Source of the DNA: Haliotis cracherodii
Taxonomy: Eukaryota
Reading direction: 5' to 3'
Length of the DNA: 64,000 nucleotides
Assembly: GCF_022045235.1 (NCBI RefSeq)
Contig: NW_027266330.1
Coordinates: 44,268,001-44,332,000 of the forward strand
Positions 13,353 to 27,099 of the stretch are shown here, piece by piece (within the stretch, counting starts at the first letter, position 1; the number at the start of each line of letters is the position of its first letter). The notes beneath the pieces were generated by a model. That model made no database searches and had not been told where the DNA came from. It saw only the letters and a list, made by a program, of their open reading frames with translations. A program made the position numbers and the translations under genes.

Positions 13353-13864
13353 AGGTCAAATACAAAAACAGCAATATGCTCTCATCTAAATTTCAAAATA
13401 TATGATACCATCACTGAAGTCGTAGATGATGTGACGCCGGCCAGCCAGCAGGAAAATTATCACAAAACTGTAAAGTATTCCAAAGGAATCTATTCTATGA
13501 AGAAATATTCAATCGCATACTCGTAATAGCTAATCATTATGTAGAATACTCATCTCGGATCTGACCACACCCTCACATATTGCTTCGTTAATGGGGCTCT
13601 CAGCATTTCGACCGACATTCGCGGAACTAATTTTTATACAAACTTCCCTCACCCTGCTGTGAACTGTGCATGTAATACATGTTCGATATTCCACACATAT
13701 TGCTGTCAGAGGGCTGTCATCGCAATTTCGGTGCAGTGACTTTTCTCATAATACTAACCAGCTATTTGTGACATTGCGTAGCATCGGGCTGATGCATTGA
13801 TGATGAGTGCCTTAAGCGACAACCAGGTTGAGAATATTTATATATGAGGACGTTCTTATTTATT

Positions 13865-14115
13865 CCCATGAAGATCCGGGTAAGAATAGGTCTAACCAAC
13901 TCATGCTTGTCGTAAGAGGCGACTATGTAGGAAGGGACTAACGGGATCGGGTTGTCAGGCTCGCTGACTTTGCAGGTGCATGCCAACGCATCCCAATTGC
14001 GCGAATCGATGCTCATGATATCAGTCACTGGATTGTCTGGTCCAGACTCGATTATTTACAGACCGCCGTCGTTTAGCTGAATTATTGCTGAGTGCAGCGT
14101 TATGCAACAAACAAA
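13865..14115 (+). mobile_element. SINE-like family C (no recognisable tRNA head, (CAAA)n tail)
   Basis: Second copy inverted at 39409-39678. The 3' end attgctgagtgcagcgtta..caaacaaa resembles the tails of the other SINEs here. Confidence 0.85.
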
Positions 14116-14236
14116 TCTGGGAATTGACAACACTAATAACTTTGTAAGTGCCTTGGAGCCAAGTTGTGTCTATCAGATACACCTGGTTTATCAATTTTAG
14201 GAAATGTGTTTGGAGTCCAATAAAATATATATTTAC

Positions 14237-14430
14237 TTAGTGGTAATATCTAGTGTTGTCAATTCAGTTGTCCCGATTTAGTTAAATGTTAAGATCTTGG
14301 TGTTTTGGGGACGACTTCCTCGAAACGGGACTAAGTCCAAATTTGTCTACAAAGTGATCAAGGTATTGAATCATCATCCCTGTAGCAAAGGGATTCCACC
14401 CCAACAGTTGGAGCACAGGTCATCAAGTTC
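14237..14430 (-). pseudogene. Exon-like block with frameshift (ELDDLC/QLLGWNPFATGMMIQYLDHFVDKFGLSP)
   Basis: Acceptor ...gacacag, donor gtaaat, protein-like translation. Another candidate block lies at ~14605-14880. Confidence 0.4.
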
Positions 14431-15671
14431 CTGTGTCATTATTTAAAAAAAGCATATATTCTCTATTATCTATTTATATGGTTACATTTCCTAAATAATA
14501 AATGGAGCAAGTTAGTTGCCAGTGTTGACATCATTTTATTTTTGAGCGTGATGTTCACAATGACTGCTATTTTTAGAGTACACTTTGTTACACCAGAGTA
14601 GACCTTAGGATAATGTAAAAACTCAGTTTTCAAGCTTGCTGTTCACGAACAATGGCTAAACAAAAGAAAGAACACTGTAACGCTTTACTGAATGAGGGAT
14701 GTCATTTGGTATATTTGAAGGTAGATATGTCCTCAAAGATCTTGAAAAGAGACACTGAAAATATCCCAGCAAAAACATAGACTTTGGTGACCAGTCACTG
14801 TAACTCTCCTCCTTCATCAGTGCATGTAGCTACATTGTTCTCAGAGACCGGCTAATATCCGATCATATCATGTCTAAGATCTATACATGTATTAAATAAT
14901 AACATGTTCATAATCTAAACGTGTTTTCAACGTAAACATGTTCACGAAAAAGTTGGAAACGTACTTCGGGGCGGACCATTTGATAACTAGAGGGGGGCTC
15001 GTTTTTTTTTTGTAGAGTCGTGTTTTTTATCTTCATTTTTAGGGGCTGAGATTTCAAATTAAATCAATTCAATGGAAAGAATGTTAAAATTCCACTCTGT
15101 TCACTAAAACAATAACTGTACATATGAAGGTGATTTTAAAAGAAAAAAAGCAGTATAATAAAGCTTTTTAATATAATAAACGACCGTACGTATGATCCGG
15201 CGACATAAGGAAGCGTTAAGGGACATTTATAGATAGCGCTGGGGATCAAGGGTCCTGTCCGGAGGGGGCTTATGATTAGAGGGGTTACAATAAACTGAAA
15301 AAGGAGATAGAATATCTGTGTACTTTGGAAACATATTGAAACAATTAGTTATGTTGGATAAATGAAGTTTTAAAGAAACCTATTGAATGGTTTGCACTAC
15401 AACAATACCCCTGAACGTCGTGGAGCTTTTTAGGCCAACAGGATTCTCATGGCATAACTTGTAATGATGTTGTTAACTCATGTCTTTTGAGAATACAAGT
15501 ATCTTCCTTGAGATTGATCCTGTTCTGTTTTTATGAACAAACAATGCTGGTTGGTAACGTTTCTTTTGCTCGTCAGTTTAGGTTATTGCAATAAGCTATT
15601 TTTATTTATATATATGTTTATGTTGTATATTTTTCAAAATGAGGGTAAATGATGCTTAATGGTCATTTCCC

Positions 15672-15763
15672 ATCACAGTCAACAACTGTTTCAGTCATAT
15701 CACAGTCAACAACTGTTTCAGTCATATCACAGTCAACAACTGTTTCAGTCATATCACAGTCAA
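15672..15763. repeat. 27-bp tandem repeat x3.4
   Basis: ATCACAGTCAACAACTGTTTCAGTCAT. Confidence 0.9.
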
Positions 15764-16019
15764 TGGGACCAGTGGAGTCAATAACCTTGTCCAAGGATAC
15801 AAAAAAGTTCTTTGGATGATATAACTCTTGAAAACTGTTGAAATGGAAGATTTAAACTCACAGTGATGTTTCTCTGTCAAAGAAATACGCACGAAATACT
15901 CTGTATTGATAAGAATGGCCATATTGCAGTCGAGACTTTTTATTGAGGCTGAGTTATTGTTTTGCAAGCAGATAGAGTTTTTATTTACACAATGTTATGA
16001 GCTGTCGTTGTCTAATGTA

Positions 16020-17553
16020 TCTACTCTAATGTATCCAGTTGTTTGAGAGTTGATGGTTTTAAGACGGACTGGTTCACTGTTAACTGTGGTGTAAAGCAGG
16101 GGTGTTTACTATCGCCCCTGTATAAAAAAGTGTTGTAAGGGATGGGAAGAGATGTAAAACTGGACAACGAAACAATATGTGTATTGTTATATGCAGATGA
16201 CCTAGTTATTTTAGCTGAAAATGAAGCTGATTCACAAATTATATTGAACTGTCTACATTAGTGGTGTGGACTAAACCACATGACAAATAACCCTGAGATA
16301 TCTTAAGTTTATCACCAAAAGACGTTAAAAGATGGTACTTCTTGTTACCCTGTCTGGCGCTCGGCATTAAGGGGCTAAAACAAGGACTGGTCGGCTCGGA
16401 GTCAGTATACTGTGTCTGAGTGGGGTATTTACGTTAAACTGCGTCATGGTATCTCAGTGAGCTAGCACTATAAATCGGCATCATTCCGGACTAGTACAAG
16501 CAGCCACACAAACACACACACGTACATGCACGTCGCTATATAAGTGCAATAATCTTGGACGCGACGTTAAACCCCATTTCACCTTACATCACCTTAAGTT
16601 GATCACTTTCAAAGACAACAGTGTAGTGACCAAGGTGCAGAACCGGGCCTGTAGAGTTTCCCTCGGCGAAGAAAAATATGCCCCGAATAACGAGGAGAGA
16701 TCGGATGGACACCTTGTACAGTTAGTCAAAGGAGAGCTGTACTCGGCCACTGGTGACGACTTGTTAATATGGATGAAGGAAGGCTAAACAGGCGTGCTTA
16801 TTATATGTAGTGATAGCCAACAGTCAAGCAGTTGTAGAAACTGGAGCTATTTTGTGCGAGATTTCTTAAATAAGCTCGATTTTTCTATGTACTATAGTAC
16901 CAATGTTTTGTACCACAATCTGTTGTGTCTGACACTTTAAATGCGTATTGATTGTACTAGAGTTGTGGGTGAATGGGAGCATGATGAAGGAAAATTAGGC
17001 ACGTATCGAATGTTTAAAAATGTATACAGTGTAGAATCTTATGCAAACACAGCCTTACCAAAGTCACATCGTAGTGCACTAGCTAACTTCAGGTGCGGAG
17101 TTGCCCCTACAAGACTGGAGACTGGGAAAACCTGTCGTTGGAACAGCGAATTTGTCCTCTGTGTTGTAATGATGTAAATAATGAAATACATGTGTTTTTT
17201 AAATGCCCCGTGTATGATAATCTCTGCAATCCTCTCGAAAATATTGTTCTAGATGTTAAAGAAGATTTTGATTATCCGAATGATGTGGATAAATTATGCT
17301 TTTTATTCCCCAACGTTGATATTGTTAAACATGTTATACTTACCCGTCGTCGAAACCATGTGTATAAGTCTTAAATATTACACTTTATATTCTATCGTCT
17401 CTGCCTTGTATAAATGTCTCTTATATTGTTTTAGTCTCCCATAATTCCGTAAGGAATGGTGGGTGTGTGTACTATTATATATGTACCTTGATTCTTGATG
17501 TAAATAATTCTGTGCACTCAGTGAGATAAAAATATAAATTATCTGTCTGTCTG
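16020..17553 (+). mobile_element. Decayed LINE (RTE-X/CR1-type reverse transcriptase and C-terminus), internally deleted
   Basis: TDWFTVNCGVKQGCLLSP, VLLYADDLVIL, HRSALANFRCG..RLETG, RICPLC..EIHVFFKCPVY, and a (TCTG)n tail. Clade assignment is tentative. Confidence 0.9.
16316..16592 (+). mobile_element. 5'-truncated SINE family D (resembles mollusc Meta-domain SINEs) inserted in the LINE
   Basis: 14-bp TSD cttaagtt(t/g)atcac at 16302-16315 and 16593-16606. Related copies at 4973, 19390 and 40522. The Meta label is from recollection. Confidence 0.85.
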
Positions 17554-17714
17554 TCCCTCTAAAAAATGACTTCGTCCAATTTTCCACGTCATCAAGTTGC
17601 GACCGCATTTTCGAATCTCAAGAAATAACGTCACGATAGAGCAATGATTTATCTTGAAATAAATCACGTTTCGTTCTTCATTGTTCTTTGCGATTTATGG
17701 CGTAGCTATCTTAT
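17554..17714 (-). repeat. ~160-bp dispersed repeat, copy 2 (inverted)
   Basis: Reverse complement of 6384-6544, abutting the LINE tail. Confidence 0.85.
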
Positions 17715-19389
17715 TTTTCTCCCTCATGCCATGCATAAATATCTCCAGTAACTGTATCACGAAGGCCCGTTCAATAAACAGCATTAGGTAACTTGAAGAT
17801 TTTTTGCTTTTTAAAACCATTTAGAATGAAAAAGTATCTCGATTTGCTCAAACGAAGTAAGCGCCTGTTTAAACAATGTCATAGTTTACTGGACGAAGAA
17901 ACAAACAAAATTACTCGTTACACGGAGCCATACGCGATATTTGGGCCCAGCACTGTAGCTGAGAAAGCTGTATCAGCAACTTCGAGCAGAACACATGTTC
18001 AGGCGTATCCTCATTGCTATTACCCCATTGTGACGAACACGCCTTAGTGGTATCGGTATATCATAGAAGAGACATGGGTGAGTGATTGTGTGAACAATAT
18101 TGCACTAAACATTCGTGATAGGACAACAATGTTATGGATAAATCAGGACAGATCATTGTTTGATATTATTTCCAAATCCAAAACAAACACGGTCTTCAAG
18201 TGGCCAATCACATAATCATAATTTGGTAATACTTTTCAGTCGTAACATATTAACACATTACATTGATTTCCTGAACAGTGTTAGTTTTAATTTTACTTTG
18301 ATAAATAAAGTAGCATTCAATAGTCACTTTTGGTGTTGATGCCGTTCTGTTGTAATACATCTATTGGCCTTCGACACCATCGCAGAGAAACTATACAAAG
18401 TTATAATCTTCTTGGTAAAACAATAAAACAAATATGCATATTAGAAATGTTTTAGACTTTAACAGATTAGATTATGAACATGTGAAGATCCCTAACGTTT
18501 AAATTTTGAAAACACAGCTGAACAATTCTAAAATCAGTTTAGATCTCTAACGCATTTAAAGTACAAGCATGTGGTCAGGTTTTTGGCGAGGTGACGCGAA
18601 ATGGGATTTAAGATTATGTGTTGCAGTATACTAGTATATTTGTAACTTTATTTCTGATGATTGTAAGTGGCAGCACTTTCAATGATTCGTTCCTACTATA
18701 CCGAGCTTTGGTTGTTACCTAGACAGGTAGCAGTTACCTACATTACTTGTGGTTTATTTCAGCCCAACTCCGTCTCAGTGCTTAACACCGTCTTTACCCA
18801 CCTCCCCCACCCCCGGTATAGAGAGCTCCGCTGTGGGGAGCTAGTTTACAGTTGTAGATAAACTGCATGATTTGAGACGCTTCGAGAAGCAGTTTTCTAG
18901 AAGGCTTGATGTACGAGGCGACTATCGATCAACGATCTCACTTGCGACTATCTACTCTCCCAGTGCGGACGTAATACGCAACTAAAATTGCCGCCTTTGC
19001 TGTCTGTTCCCAACACTGTTTCGTCATTCAAAACATTCGACTGTGACGATACAATGAGTTCGTGACGTTCGTGACGTTCGTGAGTGCACTGACTTTTGTA
19101 ACAGGGCCTGTAAATATATTGCTGCTGCGACATATTTGACCCATTAAATTGCCTTCTATGATTAGAGACCGAATCAATTGTGATTCAATGTAATTATATA
19201 TTATTCATTGATCTTTTGTGATTGTTTACTGATTTTACAGTTTAGTTCTGTACGTGCCGATTTCTGGGTTAAGCTTTGCGTTTAAACTTTGGAATCAACA
19301 CGAAACAATTATTGCAGTTATATAGCGACCTGCATGTGTGGAGTTGCTTGTATCAGTAAGGATGTTTGTCGGTTTTATGGATGTAACCC

Positions 19390-19518
19390 ACTTGCCCTTA
19401 ATGCCGAACGCCAGGTAGAGTAACAACATTCACCATATTTTAACGTCTTTAGGTAATACATAGACAGGGGATGGAACTACCGACCTCCCATGTTAGTGTT
19501 TGGTATCTAAACACGCTA
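19390..19518 (-). mobile_element. Old fragment of SINE family D
   Basis: cccttaatgccgaacgccagg..taacaa..accatattttaacgtctt matches the reverse complement of 16318-16373. Confidence 0.65.
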
Positions 19519-19644
19519 ATTAAAATGTATATGAGGCATTCTACGTGCAAAGAACGTCCAGATCAGTAGTCCGGTATTGCTCAGTTCTGTAAAGCAAACA
19601 CGCTGTGGATTTGCCGCATGGTGAGGGAAGGGTGTGTCTGTTCT

Positions 19645-19811
19645 TGAGTGAGTGAGTGAGTTCGATTTTACGCCGCTTTTAGCAATGTTCCAGCAATATC
19701 ACGGCGGGGGACACCAGAAATGGGCTTCACACATCGTACCCATGTCGGGAATCGAACCTGGGTCTTCGGCGTGACGAGCGAACGCTTTAACCACTAAGCT
19801 GCCCGACCGCC
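19645..19811 (-). mobile_element. tRNA-derived SINE family B
   Basis: A box TAGTGGTTAAAGCG, B box GGTTCGATTCC, (CTCA)n tail. Matches 46922-47094. Confidence 0.92.
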
Positions 19812-19889
19812 AGAGAGAGAGAGAGAGAAATACATACATACATACATACATACATACATACATACATACATACATACATACATACATAC
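19812..19889. repeat. (AG)n plus (TACA)n microsatellite
   Basis: Direct reading. Confidence 0.95.
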
Positions 19890-21052
19890 CGAGTATTATA
19901 GCATTAATGCTTTGATTTCGATAACCTTAAAGGTACCTGTATAACCTACATGTATGTCACAACATGTTGTTAAGATGTTCTGTCAAACCTACAAATCAAT
20001 CTTCTCTAACCCTATCCTCCTGTGTTATCATTCCTCATTAGCGACCCGACTCTGTATGAAGCTTTCATGACTGGTTTGTTGCCAGGCAAAATACCAAGTT
20101 ACAATGCGTGACTATGCGTGTGGTTGGATTTAAGATTACTATGATACCAGATGTGATCAAGGTATATAGCCTGTAATACTGGTTCCCGCAGTTTTATTAG
20201 GCATTAATCACAGATACAACATTAAACCATATATGTGAGCGTCTCTGAGACTGGATTCAGCACAAAGATGTGCACGCTGGACCTCAGAAGCAAAATGGAC
20301 TCTTAGAAAGATTTCATTATATGTCGATTGATATTGTACGTGTTTCTTTAAAACGTCCAAATTGAATAACATTATATGATTGACAACTACCATCTTACAT
20401 ATTTATTTGCATTGCTAAGGTTGATCAAATAAAGGTTTTTCTTTGCCTAATGTCTCCCAAAATGACACACGAAAACGTGTTTCGCTGAGTGAAATCTATG
20501 CATGACTAGGCGCTCGAGACTGTCGTGTTTCGCTGACAGTATTGACGTGTAACATATATGTATGACATGGGTACCGCCATGTGTAGCAAAGATAATTTTT
20601 TCACGATGGTGCACAGTATGGTTACCGCCGTGTTTAGCAGAGAGAAAGTTGTCATGATGTGTCAAAATGATGCATAATATAGCTATCGCCGTGTTTAGCT
20701 GAAGGCTGTCACGATATGTAACATATGTGCTTGATATCGCTGTCTCCGTGTTTAGCTGCTAGATGTAATGTTTCGGGTTCTATAAATGTCGTTTTGAATT
20801 GATATTATTTGCTTACTCAAACATTCGAGGTATCCATGAGACTGAGGTTTTGAATTCTCTCAACATATATACACAGTAATGTCCTAATCACGATCAGTAA
20901 ATCACCTATTTAACTATGCTTGTTGTAAGTATATTGTCAGAGCACACATATTTTTTTTAAAACAGCACAGGTAATGATAACGCAATGAAAGTTTGGGCAT
21001 ATTTCATGAAATAAATCTGCAATAGTTAGTAATTGCTGCTATTATTCTCTAC

Positions 21053-21328
21053 CGCAGGCAAGATTTCATTTCTACATGTCCGTTCCGTCTTCTCAATGCG
21101 GCTACTAACATGCCCCAAAACGGACTAATAAAGAATTAATTTCTAAATTCGAAGCGCCGTATCCTTCTCAGCGGACTCGTGCTGGCGTGGTGAGACCAAC
21201 CTGGCAAGGGGAGTCTGGAAGCGAACAAGGCGAATGTTTCCCCGAAGGAAGCTCTCCAGCCTGTCACATCGACCCAGGAGTCCTGACAGGGTTTCAATCA
21301 AACCTCCCTTCCCCATGAGGTCTTCTTC
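21053..21328 (-). pseudogene. Best exon-like block: 92 codons, phase 0-0, two internal TAG
   Basis: ctgtag/EEDLMGKGGLIETLSGLLGRCDRLESFLRGNIRLVRFQTPLARLVSPRQHESAEKDTALRI*KLILY*SVLGHVSSRIEKTERTCRNEILPA/gtagag. GC-rich relative to its flanks. Confidence 0.55.
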
Positions 21329-22339
21329 CTACAGCTTTGTATAGGCGTCAGGTAGGACTTGCAAACATCTTAAACCAACCTTGGTTTATTTTTGTGTTTG
21401 TTGGTTGTCTGTACGCCCGGTTGGTGGTCAATACAAACCTTAACGTTGGGTACTGACGAATGTACACGGTGTCAGGGTATCATCATTAGTCCATAAATAA
21501 TAGTGGAATATTGATGTGTAAATTCCAATTACTTTCTTTTACAACATTTGTTTTGATTATTAATGATGCTTTAAAAAGGTGCAAGAATTATATCTTTAAT
21601 ACCTAATATCACGTTTGCATTTTCTAACGAGATCGGTCCGATATGATAGTTAAATAGTACCAGCAGACTTTCTTAAATAAGTATTACTATTCATCATTTG
21701 TATTAAAACATACACTAGACAAAGGGAGTCAGTTATCTACTGAAATATTAAACCACAGTGCTACCGCATAAAATATCTTCACATTGTCATACTGTGAAAG
21801 TTTCTAAACTGACTAATCCAATTACTGCTGATAAACGTCAATTATCCATACTGTCATATGATTTAGGTATGATGAATGTGATATTTCATGTAAATATTCA
21901 TTTTCCCATTAAATATGGATTTCCCGGGATTAGGTGAATTACGTTAATGAAGCCAATATGCACACGATTCTCTCCTTGCACAGTGGTAGTTGACTACATT
22001 TACAAACAGATCGTGGTGATCCACGAGGCAGTCTCATCATTTTATACATGAATCACGTGATCATTGATTGTGCCACTAATTGTCCAATATGTTCGTGATC
22101 TGGGCAGCAGTGTGAATCAGCTACAAAATAAGTACATTAATGTTGGTTTAAACTACCCATCTTCCTAGTCCATATCGACACTCGATGAGAAGAACAGCAT
22201 CGATGCGAACTATTATAAACCCAGAGTGACATAAATAATCAAATTGACATAACAAAAAATGTTTGATTTGCTTCACGAACATGACCTTTGGTACTAGCAG
22301 CCTTCAGTGGCATATATCGTGATGTTATAGCAGTCGCCA

Positions 22340-23560
22340 AGCAATATATGCAATTGGATATATAAAAATATAACATACTATATATGTGATATATGCAATT
22401 GGATACTAGTATCAAGAGACCAAGCAGACTCAGCCAGGTGATATATGCAACTGGATATATAGAGGTCAAGCATACTCTGCCAGGTGATATATGCAATTGG
22501 ATACTAGTATCTGGAGATTCAGCATACGCAGCCAGGTGATATATGCAATTGGATGTATATAGGTCAAGCATAGTCAGCCAGGTGAAATATGTAAATGGAT
22601 ACTAGAATCTAGAGATCACTCATACTCAGCCAGGTGATATATGCAAATGGCTATATAGAGGTGTAGCATACTCAACCGGGTGATATATGCAATTGGATAG
22701 AGCTAAAACATACTCAGTCAGGTGGTATATGTAATTGGATATAGAGGTCAAATACACTCAACCAGGTGATATATGCAATTGGATACCAGCATACAGAGAG
22801 TCAAACATACTCAGCCAGGTGATATATGCAATTGGATGCTGGTATATAGAGGTCAAATATATTAAGCCAGGTGATATATGCAATTGGATACTAGTATATA
22901 GAGACAAAACATACTTAGCCAGGTGGTATACGTAATTGGATACTAGTATACAGTGGGTCAAGCATACTCAGCCAGGTTATGTACGTAATTGGATACTAGT
23001 ATATATAGAGGTCGAGAATACTCAGCCAGGTGATTTACGTATTGGATACAAGTATATATAGAGGTCAAGCATACTCAGCCAGGTGATATATGCAAATGGA
23101 TACTAGTATCTAGAGATCACTCATACTCAGCCATATGATATATGCAATTGGATACCAGTATATAGAGGTCAAGCATACTCAGCCAGGTGATATACGTAAT
23201 TGGATACTAGTATATATAGAGGTCAAGCATACTCAGCCGGGTAGTATACGTAATTGGATACTAGTATACAGAGGGTCAAGCATACTCAGCCAGGTGATGT
23301 ACGTAATTGGATACTAGTATATACAGGGTCAAGCATACTCAGTCTGGTGATGTATACAGTTGGATATATAGAGGTCAAACATACTCAGCCAGGTGATATA
23401 CGTAATTTGATACTAGTATATATAGAGGTCAAGCATACTCAGCCAGGTAGTATACGTAATTTGATACTAGTATACAGAGGGTCAAGCATACTCAGCCAGG
23501 TGATGTACGTAATTGGATACTAGTATATACAGAGGTCAAGCATACTCAGCCTGGTGATAT
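22340..23560. repeat. ~45-55-bp degenerate minisatellite
   Basis: Core AGAGGTCAAGCATACTCAGCCAGGTGATATATGCAATTGGATACTAGTAT. Confidence 0.95.
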
Positions 23561-24219
23561 AAGGGTTAAATATACATAGATTGACGATGTGTCCATCATA
23601 TTGAGGTCATATATCCTGAGCTTGATATATTCAGCAGGTTATATAGGGATAATATATTACTCAACTGAACGATATACTGACGAGTGTGGCATGTGATTGG
23701 TCACTCCATGCACGAAGATGAAGGATCTCTGAGGGTGCCAGTTGCAGGTGTCAAGAAATTATAAAATCTACTCTACATCCTGAATATTTTTGTAAACCAA
23801 ATGATAATCACATAAACTGTATTACACAGTAATTGCCGGCTGGCAGATCGGCATGCTGAATTAAACGCGAGGTTATTTGACTTTCTTTCCAAACAACCGA
23901 CCGGTGAGTGATCTATTCACAGAATGAAATAAATGCTATGACCTAATATACAAGAAACAAACGTAGAAAGCATATGCGAAAATGCTTGCACGTGATGTTT
24001 TATTACTCGAATGGAAAGCCAAATTCCATTTGGTTTCATGATAGTTTCGGCTACAAACGGCAGTGGGTATATATTGGCACAGTGTGCAAAATTGAGAAAT
24101 AACAACCGCAGAGGGTATATCTGAGTACGGTGAACTATTATCCACGCTAAAAGATATATCATAGCAAGAAAGACCCTTTTCCCGAAATCCGCCTGGATAT
24201 GCTAAAGTAACTATGTTGA

Positions 24220-26320
24220 TCATAACAGTGACTATGGGTAGTAGCCAGAGTTGTGTGAGTAGTACATAACAGTATATCTGAGTACGGTGAACTATTATCC
24301 ACGCTAAAAGTGTTGTGTAGGTTGTACATAACAGTGTGTGTGGGTAGTAGAGTTGTGTAGGTAGTACATAACAGTGTATGTGGGTAGTACGTAGGGTTGT
24401 GTAGGTAGTACATAACAGTGTGTGGGTAGTATGTAGAGTTGTGTAGGTAGTACATAACAGTGTGTGTGGGTAGTACGTAGGGTTGTGTAGGTAGTACATA
24501 ACAGTGTATGGGTAGTACGTAGGGTTGTGTAGGTAGTACATAACAGTGTGTGGGTAGTACGTAGGGTTGTGTAGGTAGTACATAACAGTGTGTATGGGTA
24601 GTAGAGTTGTGTAGGTAGTACATAACAGTGTATGTGGGTAGTACGTAGGGTTGTGTAGGTAGTACATAACAGTGTGTGGGTAGTACGTAGGGTTGTGTAG
24701 GTAAGACATAACAGTGTGTATGGGTAGTACGTAGGGTTGTGTAGGTAGTACATAACAGTGTGTGGGTAGTATGTAGAGTTGTTTAGGTAGTACATAACAG
24801 TGTGTGTTGGTTGTAGGTAGAGTTTTGTAGGTAGTACATAAAAGTGTGTGTGGGTAGTTGGTAGTGTTGTGTACGTTATACATAACAGTGTGTGTGGGTA
24901 GTAGGTAGAGCTTTGGGGGTAGTACATAACCGTGTGTGTGGGTAGTAGGTAGGGCTGTGTAGGTAGTGCATAACAGTGTATGTGGGTAGTAGAGCTGTGT
25001 GGGTAGTACATAACAGTGTATTTGGGTAGTAGCTAGAGTAGTGTAGGTAGTACATAACAGTGTGTGTGGCTAGTAGAGCTCTGTGGGTAGTATTTAGCAG
25101 TGTGTGTGGCTAGTAGAGCTGTGTGGGTAGCACATAACAGTATATGTTGGTAAAAGCTAGAGTTGTGTAGGTAGTACATAACAGTATATGTGGCTAGTAG
25201 AGCTGTGTGGGTAGTACATAACAGTGTGTGTGACTAGTAGAGCTGTGTGGGTAGTACATAACAGTGTGTGTGTGACTAGTAGAGCTGTGTGGGTAGTACA
25301 TAACAGTGTGTGTGTGACTAGTAGAGCTGTGTGGGTAGTACATAACAGTGTGTGTGTGACTAGTAGAGCTGTGTGGGTAGTACATAACAGTGTGTGTGTG
25401 ACTAGTAGAGTTGTGTAGGTAGTACATAACAGTGTGTGTGGCTAGTAGAGTTGTGTAGGTAGTACATACCAGTGTGTGTGGCTAGTAGAGCTGTGTGGGT
25501 AGTACATAACAGTGTGTGTGGCTAGTAGAGCTGTGTGGGTAGTACATAACAGTGTGTGTGGCTAGTAGAGCTGTGTGGGTAGTACATAACAGTGTGTGTG
25601 ACTAGTAGAGCTGTGTGGGTAGTACATAACAGTGTGTGTGTGACTAGTAGAGCTGTGTGGGTAGTACATAACAGTGTGTGTGTGACTAGTAGAGCTGTGT
25701 GGGTAGTACATAACAGTGTGTGTGTGACTAGTAGAGCTGTGTGGGTAGTACATAACAGTGTGTGTGTGTGACTAGTAGAACTGTGTGGGTAGTACATAAC
25801 AGTGTGTGTGTGGCTAGTAGAGTTGTGTAGGTAGTACATAACAGTGTGTGTGGCTAGTAGAGCTGTGTGGGTAGTACATAACAGTGTGTGTGGCTAGTAG
25901 AGCTGTGTGGGTAGTACATAACAGTGTGTGTGGCTAGTAGAGCTGTGTAGGTAGTACATAACAGTGTGTGTGACTAGTAGAGCTGTGTGGGTAGTACATA
26001 ACAGTGTGTGTGACTAGTAGAGCTGTGTGGGTAGTACATAACAGTGTGTGTGGCTAGTAGAGCTGTGTGGGTAGTACATAACAGTGTGTGTGACTAGTAG
26101 AGCTGTGTGGGTAGTACATAACAGTGTGTGTGTGACTAGTAGAGCTGTGTGGGTAGTGCTTAACAGTGTGTGTGGCTAGTAGAGCTGTGTGGGTAGTACA
26201 TAATAGTGTATTTGGGTAGTAGCTTGAGTTATGTAGGTAGTACATAACAGTGTGTGTTGTCAGTAGGTAGAGTTGCGTATGTAGTACATTACAGTGTATG
26301 TGTGTAGTAGTTAAAGTTGT
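24220..26320. repeat. ~40-47-bp minisatellite with variable (GT)n
   Basis: Unit GTAGAGCTGTGTGGGTAGTACATAACAGTGTGTGTGGCTA, with two subtypes in left and right blocks. Confidence 0.97.
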
Positions 26321-26758
26321 ATGGGATATAAGTGTCTATGAGTACAGTATTATAGAAAACAGTGTTAACTTTCTCCTTTAGAAACAATTATGTAGTCTGA
26401 AATTAAGAACTATTTGTAAGTTGTTATTTGTAAAGTTATTTTAAAAAAATGAATTTTTGATAGTTTGGATATCTGAGAGGACACAAATATCTCGAGACGC
26501 CTTATGATATAGATAGAATCGTGTGAAGAAAGGCGGCTTGGCGATAAAGATCGTGACTGGACCAAGAACATCGATTAGATATCTAGCCATTGTTTTGCTT
26601 TATCGAACTTGTGTTTAGATAAACCTTTTCTTCTATCAGACGATCAGATCAAAATATCTGTTTTGTAGTCATAAAAACATCAGTATAATGTGTCAGTGAC
26701 AAGGATATGGATTGTAATTAAAAAACAACGATGTTTTCATTTTCGTATTTTGTAAGAC

Positions 26759-26989
26759 CTTGGACATGTGTTTTGAGCGTTAAAGAAGGCATTAAGTAGT
26801 ATTTTCATAAACTGATAGATTTAGGTTTAGCTTTATTCATTCATCGAAGATTAGGAATCAATACTCGTGGCAATGCCACTAAGACAACGATATGCATGTT
26901 TAAAATAAGCACAGGACATACTGCATGCTTGATGGGCACTTGTTCTAGAATTCATTCAAAATATTCTGCGAGCTCGTTCAGGAAGTCAC
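26759..26989 (-). pseudogene. Exon-like block (GDFLNELAEYFE*ILEQVPIKHA...)
   Basis: Acceptor ttccattcaacgtactgcag, stops present, donor uncertain. Confidence 0.4.
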
Positions 26990-27099
26990 CTGCAGTACGT
27001 TGAATGGAAATATACAGCACACACAAAAAGGTCAAGTGAAGGAGCAGAAAGGACTTGTAAGTTCTACACGGCTTTATATTAGACACCAAGGTAACGAGT

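Noticed and set aside
14300-14430. LCxQLLGWNPFA resembling the NB-ARC GxPLA motif
   Set aside because: It is too short, needs a frameshift, and I found no Walker A/B motifs.
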